Below are positions 19,601 through 28,200 of a stretch of DNA of 64,000 bases, piece after piece; within the stretch, counting starts at the first letter, position 1, and each line of letters begins with the position of its first letter. The notes under the pieces were generated by a model. It ran no database searches. It saw only the letters and a program-made list of their open reading frames with translations, and was not told the DNA's origin. The stretch covers positions 160,001 through 224,000 of the forward strand of contig JBCCHT010000014.1 of assembly GCA_039028615.1 (NCBI GenBank), given 5' to 3'. The position numbers and the translations under genes were made by a program. The DNA comes from Myxococcota bacterium (GTDB lineage: Bacteria; Myxococcota_A; Polyangia; Nannocystales; Nannocystaceae).

Positions 19601-19609
19601 GAGGGGGCA

Positions 19610-20203
19610 CTAGCCGCCGAGGGGGCCGGTGGGCGTGGGGGGCTCGGGCGTGCCCGGGCCGCCGGGGCAGTTCGGCACGTCGTTGGTGGTGCAGAACGAA
19701 GTGCAGGTGCTGTGACCGCACTGGGTGCACGAGGAGCCGCCCTCGGTGGGATCGGGGCCGCCCCAGCCCGCCGCGCGGACCTCGTCGACGAGCACGCCGG
19801 CCTGGAACATCGAGGGCAGGACGATGTGGATCTCGTTGTCGCTGTCGGCCAGGACGTTGATCTCGACGTTGGCCGGGAACCCGATGCCGAACGCGGCCTC
19901 GAGGCTGCCGCGAGGATCGGCCAGCAGCTGCGCGCGATAGTCATCGTCCGTCATGGCGCGACTGACCACCTGGGTGGTGATGTCCTGCTCCTGGTCGGTG
20001 AGGACCATGGTGCGGGGGATCAACACGTAGACGGACTCGTCGTTCTCCTCGAGGACCCGCACGCTGCAGGTGTCGGAGAAGGTGACGCCGAAGTCTCGCT
20101 GAAGCACCACCTTGGGCTGGTTGACCAGCTCTTGGCGGAAGGCAGGATCCTTCGCCGCTTGGGCGAGCAACGCCGAGACGGGGATGGGGCTGTGGGTCTG
20201 CAT
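19610..20203 (-). CDS. RiPP precursor with tandem NHLP (nitrile-hydratase-like) leaders and a Cys/Ser/Thr-rich core
   Basis: Two copies of the NHLP pattern A..D..FR..L...P...L...FG.......V.V......V.L.P (aa ~8-63 and ~75-130), then LVDEVRAAG, then WGGPDPTEGGSSCTQCGHSTCTSFCTTNDVPNCPGGPGTPEPPTPTGPLGG. First gene of the lanM operon. Confidence 0.9.
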   Translation of the reverse strand: MQTHSPIPVSALLAQAAKDPAFRQELVNQPKVVLQRDFGVTFSDTCSVRVLEENDESVYVLIPRTMVLTDQEQDITTQVVSRAMTDDDYRAQLLADPRGSLEAAFGIGFPANVEINVLADSDNEIHIVLPSMFQAGVLVDEVRAAGWGGPDPTEGGSSCTQCGHSTCTSFCTTNDVPNCPGGPGTPEPPTPTGPLGG

Positions 20204-20674
20204 GGGTATCGTTCTTCCGTTCGTATTGGGGGAGCGCCCACGGCCCTACGAACACGGGGTCGCGAGCGAGGGCATGCAGGCGACCGTGGAGACACCACGC
20301 GTCGGCTCATGCTCTCGTTCGGGGTAGAGAACGCGGGTACCGCTCGGATCACGAGTTTTTGAAAAAATCTGCCAGTGCACGTCGCGGCGGCCCACGGGCG
20401 CGAAACCGAAACGGCAATTGTCGCTCCCGGAATGATGGATTCCATCGAGCCATCGCCGCTCCCAACGCCGCGGAATTGCGAAGGGTCGTGCACGCTTCCG
20501 TGAAAGCGGTGTCACGGTTGCAGCGCACAATCATGTGACCTCCAACACCGCAGAGATCGCCGCCGGTCGTTGTGACGAATCGGAGACAAACCAGGGGCGG
20601 CCCCGGCTAGTCCTTCGTGCGAGGCTCCGCCGGAACGTTGTCGCCGGGGGGCGTCAGCGATCTGGGGAGTCTTC

Positions 20675-22282
20675 ATGAGCGACCATGGACTGGGATGGTG
20701 CGAGGGTCCGACCCCTCCTGCCTTCACCGCCGAGACCATCACCGCCGCGGTGCATGATTTCCGGCGCGAGACCTTCGTCGTCCGTCATCCGCACGATGGT
20801 TCGATCGGTGTTGCCCAGGGGGGTGGACTGGGCCCGGGGGGCGGCACCGCGCGGACCTGGCCCGTGCTGGGCATGCTGGCGCCGCTTTTTCCCGAGTGGC
20901 TGGGTGACCGCAGCTTCGCCGAGATCCACGGCGTTCGGTTCCCCTACGTCAGCGGGGCCATGGCCAACGGCATCGCCACCACCGAGCTGGTGACGGCGAT
21001 GGGCCGGGCCGGCTTCCTCGGGTTCTTCGGCGCGGCCGGTCTGGGCTTTTCTCGCGTCGAGCAGGCCGTGGCCACCCTGCGCCAGCAGCTGGGCGACCAG
21101 GCGCCGTGGGGCTGCAACCTCATTCACTCGCCGCAAGAGCCTCGCCTCGAAGAGGCGGTGGCGCAGCTGTACCTCGAGCAAGGCGTGCGGCGCGTCTCGG
21201 CCGCGGCCTATATGCGGCTGACCCCGGCCATCGTCCGCTACGCGGCGAGCGGCCTGAGCACGGGGCCGCAGGGGCAGATCCTGCGGCGCAATGCGGTGTT
21301 CGCCAAGATTTCCCGCCCCGAGACGGCGCGGCGCTTCATGGAACCGGCTCCTGCCGCCATGCTCGACGCGCTCGTCCAAAAGGGGCAACTCACCGCCGAC
21401 GAGGCCGCGCTCGCCCGCCACGTGCCGGTCGCGGAGGACATCACCGTCGAGTCGGACTCGGGCGGCCACACCGACAACCGGCCGCTCGGGGCCCTATTGC
21501 CGCTCATCATCTCCGAGCGCGACACCATCGCCGCCGCCCGCGGCTACACCCGCCCCATCCGCGTGGGTGCGGCGGGAGGCATGGGCGCCCCCCGCTCGGT
21601 CGCGGCCGCGTTCGCGATGGGAGCGGCCTACGTGCTCACCGGCTCCGTCAACCAGGCCTGCGTGGAGTCCGGGCTCGATGCCAGCGGACGCCAGATGCTG
21701 GCCGAGGCCGGGGTCGCCGACGTGATGATGGCCCCTGCCGCCGACATGTTCGAGCTCGGCGTGGACGTGCAGGTCCTGCGTCGCGGCACCATGTTCGCGG
21801 TCCGGGCTCGACAGCTGTACTCGCTGTATCGCGCCCACCAAAGCTGGGACGAGATCGCCGCGGACGAGCGCAGCAAGGTCGAAGACCAGCTGCTGCGCTG
21901 CTCCTTCGCCGACGCCTGGGACTCCACGCGCCGCTTCTGGGAAGAGCGCGACCCCACGCAGATCGAGCGCGCCGACGCCGATCCCCGCCACCGCATGGCG
22001 CTGGTCTTCCGCTCCTATCTCGGCCGCTCGAGCCGCTGGGCCATCGACGGCCAGCTCGATCGCCGCGCCGACTATCAGATCTGGTGTGGCCCCGCGATGG
22101 GTGCCTTCAACGACTGGGTCCGCGACAGCTTCCTCGCCGCCCCGCCGAAGCGCACCGTGGTGCAGGTCGCCCGCAACCTCATGGAAGGCGCGGCCGTGGT
22201 CACCCGCGCGCAACAACTTCGCTCCTACGGGGTCGCCGTGCCCCCGACCGCCTTCGACTTCCGCCCCCGTCCCTTGGGTTAG
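20675..22282 (+). CDS. pfaD: PUFA synthase enoyl reductase (PfaD family, myxobacterial Pfa1)
   Basis: YVSGAMANGIA, NLIHSP, AKISRPE, ITVESDSGGHTDNRP, GAAGGMG, TGSVNQAC, MAPAADMFELG, YQIWCGPAMGAFN. Confidence 0.95.
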   Translation: MSDHGLGWCEGPTPPAFTAETITAAVHDFRRETFVVRHPHDGSIGVAQGGGLGPGGGTARTWPVLGMLAPLFPEWLGDRSFAEIHGVRFPYVSGAMANGIATTELVTAMGRAGFLGFFGAAGLGFSRVEQAVATLRQQLGDQAPWGCNLIHSPQEPRLEEAVAQLYLEQGVRRVSAAAYMRLTPAIVRYAASGLSTGPQGQILRRNAVFAKISRPETARRFMEPAPAAMLDALVQKGQLTADEAALARHVPVAEDITVESDSGGHTDNRPLGALLPLIISERDTIAAARGYTRPIRVGAAGGMGAPRSVAAAFAMGAAYVLTGSVNQACVESGLDASGRQMLAEAGVADVMMAPAADMFELGVDVQVLRRGTMFAVRARQLYSLYRAHQSWDEIAADERSKVEDQLLRCSFADAWDSTRRFWEERDPTQIERADADPRHRMALVFRSYLGRSSRWAIDGQLDRRADYQIWCGPAMGAFNDWVRDSFLAAPPKRTVVQVARNLMEGAAVVTRAQQLRSYGVAVPPTAFDFRPRPLG

Positions 22283-22285
22283 GTC

Positions 22286-25200
22286 ATGACCGATTCCAAA
22301 CGACCTCCTTTGGCCATCGTCGGTGCTTCGGCACTGTTCCCCGGTTCCCCGGATGCCACCGGGTTCTGGCACGACATCCTGCGCGGCCAGGACCTGCTCA
22401 CCGAGATCCCGAAGAGTCACTGGCTCATCGAGGACTACTACGACCCCGACCCCAAGGCGCGCGACAAGACCTATGCCCGTCGCGGTGGGTTCATCGACCC
22501 GGTGGACTTCGATGCCGTCACCTGGGGCGTGCCGCCGGCCATCATCAAGGCCACGGACACCTCGCAGCTGCTGGGGCTCATCGTCGCCGAGCAGGTGCTG
22601 CGCGACGCCGCGCGCGAGCGCTTCGAGACCATCGACCGCTCGCGCATGTCGGTGATCTTGGGGGTGACCTCGGCCCAGGAGCTGCTCGCCGCGATGGTCA
22701 GCCGGCTGCAGCGCCCCGTATGGGTGAAGTCGCTGCGCGAGCAGGGCCTGCCCGAAGACGAGGTCCAGGCCGCCTGCGACCGCATCGCCGACCACTACGT
22801 CGAGTGGGAAGAGAGCAGCTTCCCCGGCTTGCTCGGCAACGTGGTGGCGGGTCGCATCGCCAACCGGCTCGATCTCGGCGGCACCAACTGCGTGACCGAT
22901 GCCGCCTGCGCCTCGACCTTCTCCGCGCTGTCGATGGCCGCGCAGGAGCTCTACCTCGGGGACTCTGATCTCGTGATCACCGGAGGGGTCGACACCCTCA
23001 ACGAGATCTTCATGTTCATGTGTTTCAGCAAGACCCCGGCGCTGTCGCTGTCGGGGGACTGCCGGCCCTTCTCCGACCAAGCCGACGGCACGATGCTCGG
23101 CGAGGGTCTGGGCATGGTGGCCCTGCGTCGCCTCGAAGACGCCGAGCGCGACGGAGACCGCATCTACGCCGTGATTCGGGGCATCGGCGCGTCGTCGGAC
23201 GGTCGCAGCAAGAGCGTGTACGCGCCCGTGTCCGCCGGTCAGGCCAAGGCCCTGTCGCGCGCCTACGAGCACGCGGGCTACGAGCCGAGCACGGTCGAGC
23301 TGGTCGAGGCCCACGGCACGGGCACCAAGGCCGGCGATGCGGCCGAGCTGGGCGGGCTGCGGCTCGTGTTCGACACCGAGGGCACCGATCGCCGTCAGTG
23401 GTGTGGCCTCGGCTCGGTGAAGTCGCAGATCGGGCACACCAAGGCAGCCGCGGGCGCGGCGGGCCTGTTCAAGGCGGTGATGGCCCTGCACCACAAGGTG
23501 CTGCCGCCCACGATCAAGGTGGACACGCCCAACCCCAAGCTCTCGCTCGAGGACTCGGCGTTTTACGTCAACACCCAGGCCCGCCCGTGGGTCCGCAGCA
23601 GCGACCACCCGCGCCGCGCCAGCGTGAGCGCCTTCGGCTTCGGCGGATCCAACTTCCACATCACGCTCGAGGAGTACGACGGGCCCGCCCCGCGAGCCGA
23701 GCGACTGCGAACCTGGCCGAGCGAGCTGGTCGTGCTGTGCGGCGACGATGTCGTGGCGCAGGCCCGGCAGTGGGCCGAGCGCGCCGACGAGACCGAGCTT
23801 CTGCCCTTCGCCGCCTGGACGACCCAGCGCAGCTACGACGCCACCGCCAAGCGACGGCTGGCGGTCGTCGCCTCCACGGGCGACGAGCTGCGCACCCGGC
23901 TGCTCGCCGCCGCCAAGCGGATCGAGGCCGCGCCCGACGATGGGTTCGAACTGCCCGATGGCACCCGCTACGGCGTCGGAGAAGTGAGCGGCGGCGTGGC
24001 CCTGCTCTTCCCGGGGCAAGGCAGCCAATACGTCGGCATGGGGGCGGACCTGGCCATGGGTCTGGACCGAGCCCGCGCCGCGTGGGACCGCGTCGCCGAG
24101 CACCCCATGGACGGGGCGCGGCTCGACCACCAGGTGTTTCCCATCCCCCGCTTCAACGATGCCGATCGCGAGGCGGACACCCAGCGACTGCGGGCGACGC
24201 AGTGGGCCCAGCCGGCCATCGGCTGCACCAGCGCCTCGATGCTCGCCGTCGTGAAGAGCCTCGGCATCGAGGCCCAGGCGGTCGCCGGGCACAGCTTCGG
24301 TGAGATCACCGCCCTGCACGCCGCGGGTGCGCTGGATGCCGACGCCCTGGTCGCGGTGGCCCGTCGCCGCGGCGAGCTGATGGCCGATGCCAAGGAGCCC
24401 GGAGCGATGGTCGCCGTCTCGGCCCCCGTCGACGACGTGCGCCCGATTCTGCAAGCCCACCCCGACGTGGTGCTGGCCAATCACAACGCACCGCGCCAGG
24501 CCGTCCTCAGCGGACCCGTCGACGCGATCGAGCGCGCCGAAGCGGCGATCAAAGCCGCGGGCTTGCGGGCGACCCAGCTCCCCGTGTCCTCCGCGTTTCA
24601 CTCCCCGGTCGTGGCCGGCTGCGTGGCGCCCTTTGGCGAGTTCTTGGCCGGCATCGAGTTCGAGCGGCCGGGGCTGCCCGTGTACTCGGCCGAGTCCGCG
24701 GCGCCCTACGAGCCCGACGCGGCCGCGATCCGAGCCCGCCTCGGCCGTCAGATCGCCGAGCCCGTGCGCTTCGTGGACACCATCGAGGCCATGGCCGCAT
24801 CGGGTGCACACACCTTCATCGAGGTCGGCCCCGGCTCGGTCCTCAGCGGCTTGGTCGGTCGCATCCTGAAGGGGCGCCCGCACGCCGCGGTGTCCATCGA
24901 TCGCAAGGGTCGCAACGGCCTCGAGTCTCTGAACCTCGCACTGGCCCAGCTCGTCGCGCTCGGCGTGCCGATGCAGCTGGCGCCGCTGTGGGATGGCCAT
25001 CGCGAGCCCCTCGATCCGGCATCGCGGCCCAAGCCCAAGCTGGCCATCCCTCTCACCGGTACCAACTACGGAAAGCTCTACCCGCCGCCGGGTGGCGCTG
25101 CCGATCTTCCCGCTCCCAATCCCCCGCGTGCTGCCATGTCTCGAGAAGCGAATCGTCCATCGAACCCCGCCCCGAGCTCCACGCCCACCATCGTGCCGGC

Positions 25201-28200
25201 CGAGACGCCGACGCCCGCCGCGGCTCCCCCTGCGGCCGCCCTGCCCGCGCCCACGCCCATGGTGGCGGCCCCCGTCGCGCCTGCGTCCGCTCCGTTCGTG
25301 GCGGCCCCCGCCCCCGCGGCGCCCCTGGTGACCCCCGCGGCACAGGCCCCCGCGGGATGGCTCGCGGCCTGGCAGCAGGCGCAAGAGCAGACCGCTCAGA
25401 CCCACGCGCTCTTTCAGCAGACCATGGCGCAGTCCCACGCGGCGTTCCTGCGCACGGCGGAGGCGAGCCTGATGGGATTGGCCGCGATGGCGGGTGCTCC
25501 GGCGACGGCCGGGATGAACGCGTCCGTCGCCGTGCAGCCGGCCGTGCCCGCCCCCGCTCCGATGCCCGCCGCGGCTCCGCCTGCATGGGCGCCCGCTCCC
25601 GCTGCGCCGGCACCGATGGCGGCTCCGCCTGCGATGCCGGTCGCCCCCCCGAGCCCGGTTGCCGCCGCCCCGGCGCCCACTCCCGTGGCTCCTGCACCCG
25701 CCGTGCAAGCGGCTCCGCCCGTCGCCGCGGCAGCGAAGCCCGCGATCGACCTCGAAGCGGTGATGCTCGAGGTGGTCTCCGACAAGACCGGCTATCCGCA
25801 GGACATGCTCGAGCTGTCCATGGACATGGAGGCCCAGCTCGGCATCGACTCCATCAAGCGCGTCGAGATCCTCGCCGCCGTCCAGGAGCGCGCCCCGGGC
25901 ATGCCCGAGGTCGATGCCTCCCACATGTCCAGCCTCACCACCCTCGGCCAGATCGTCGACTACATGCGTGACCTGATGGGTGAGGCGGCGCCCGCTGCCG
26001 CCCCGGCCAGCAGCGCGGCCCCGGCCAGCCCCTCCGTCGATCTGGAGCGCCTCATGCTCGAGGTGGTCGCCGACAAGACCGGCTATCCGCAGGACATGCT
26101 CGAGCTGTCCATGGACATGGAGGCCCAGCTCGGCATCGACTCCATCAAGCGCGTCGAGATCCTCGCCGCCGTGCAGGAGCGCGCCCCGGGCATGCCCGAG
26201 GTCGACGCCTCCCACATGTCCAGCCTCACCACCCTCGGGCAGATCGTCGACTACATGCGTGGTTTGCTCGGTGCGGCGGCCCCCGCTGCGGCGCCCACCA
26301 ACGCGCCCGCGGCCAGCCCCGCCGTCGACCTCGAGCGCCTGATGCTCGAGGTGGTCGCCGACAAGACCGGCTACCCCCAGGACATGCTCGAGCTGTCCAT
26401 GGACATGGAAGCGCAGCTCGGCATCGACTCCATCAAGCGCGTCGAGATCCTCGCCGCCGTGCAGGAGCAGGCCCCGGGCATGCCCGAGGTCGATGCCTCC
26501 CACATGTCGAGCCTCACCACCCTGGGGCAGATCGTCGACTACATGCGCGGCCTGCTGGGCAGCACCGCCCAAGCCGCTGCCCCGGCCGACGTGGCTGCAG
26601 CGGCTCCCGCGGTGGACCTCGAGGCGCTCATGCTCGAAGTGGTCGCCGACAAGACCGGCTATCCGCAGGACATGCTCGAGCTGTCCATGGACATGGAAGC
26701 TCAGCTGGGCATCGACTCCATCAAGCGCGTCGAGATCCTCGCTGCCGTCCAGGAACGTGCCCCGGGCATGCCCGAGGTCGATGCCTCCCACATGTCCAGC
26801 CTCGCCACGCTGGGGCAGATCGTCGACTACATGCGCGGCCTGCTCGGCGGCGCCCCGCAGCCGATTCCCACCGCTGGCACCGCCCCCTCCGAAGGCTCGA
26901 GCCCGGACATCGAAGGTCCCCCGCTCGGTCGCTTCGCCCTCGAGCTCCGAGACGCGCCCGCGGTCGGACTGGCGCAGCCGGGCCTGTTCGGAGACGACGG
27001 CGTCGTAGTCAGCTCCGATGGTGGACCCGTCGCCGCCGCGCTGGTGGCCGAGCTGACGCGTCGTGGCGTGCCCGCACGCGAGGCCGAGGTCACCGACACC
27101 ACCACCGCCGCCATCTTCCTCGGCGGCCTCCGGGCGGTGCAGACGGCCGATGACGCGGTCGCCGTGCAGCGCGAGGCCTTCACCACCGCTCGCACGCTGG
27201 CCCCGCGCCTGAGCACCACGGGCGGCCTGTGGGTCACCGTGCAGGACACCGGGGGCGGCTTTGGCCTCGAGCCCTGCCCGCCTGTGCGCGCGTACCTGGG
27301 GGGCATCCCGGCCCTGGTCAAGACGGCCCGCCAAGAGTGGCCCCACGCTAGCCTCAAGTCGATCGACATCGACGTCGGAGGCCGCAGTGCGGAGCAGATC
27401 GCCAACGCCCTCGCCGACGAGTTGCTCGGCGGTGGTGGTGAGATCGAGGTCGCGCTGTCGACCGACGGCACTCGTCGCACGCTGCGGTCCTTCGCGGCCG
27501 AGGTGGAGCCCGCCGCGTCGGTGGTGGGGCCACAGGACGTCATCGTGGTCTCCGGCGGCGCCCGAGGGGTGACCTCCGCCTGTGTCCGCGAGTGGGCGGC
27601 CGACAGCGGTGCGCGCTTCGTGCTGCTGGGCCGGACCCCGCTCACCGACGAGCCCGCCGGGCTCCAGGGCGACGAAGACGACGCCGCGCTCAAGCGAGTG
27701 CTGCTCCAGCAGGCCCGCGACCGCGGCGAGCGACCCTCCCCCGTCGAGCTGTCGCGCCAGACCTCGGCCATCCTCTCCGGCCGCGAGATCCGAGCCACGC
27801 TGTCCGCCCTACAGGGCATCGGGGTGAAGGCGCGCTACGAGGCGGTCGACGTCACCAATGCCGACGCCCTGGCCTCCACGCTGGCCGAGGTACGTACGCA
27901 GTGGGGCCCGATCACGGGGCTGGTGCACGGCGCGGGCGTCCTCGCCGACAAGCCCATCGCCGCGCTCGACGACGCCTCGTTCAACCGGGTCTTCGACACC
28001 AAGGTCACCGGCCTCCGAGCGCTGCTGCACGCCACCCGCGACGACTCGCTCAAGGTGCTGGCGATGTTCAGCTCCGTCTCCGCCCGCTGCGGCAACAACG
28101 GCCAGAGCGCGTACGCGATGGCCAACGAGGTGCTCAACAAGGTCGCCCAGGCCGAGGCACGCGCCCGGGGTCCGCAGGTCCGCGTCCGCTCGCTGGGCTG

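Noticed and set aside
20360..20375. Possible sigma54 promoter upstream of the precursor (TGGCAGATTTTTTCA, minus strand)
   Set aside because: The -24 GG is present but the -12 position reads CA instead of the conserved GC, so it is too weak to call.
25748..26848. Regularly spaced repeats that could suggest a CRISPR array or mobile repeat
   Set aside because: Units are about 230 bp of in-frame ACP coding sequence with Ala/Pro linkers, not short repeats with unique spacers.
21494..27346. 1950-aa minus-strand ORF with internal repeats
   Set aside because: Antisense shadow of pfa1/pfa2. High GC3 suppresses stops on the opposite strand, and its repeats are just the ACP repeats read backwards.
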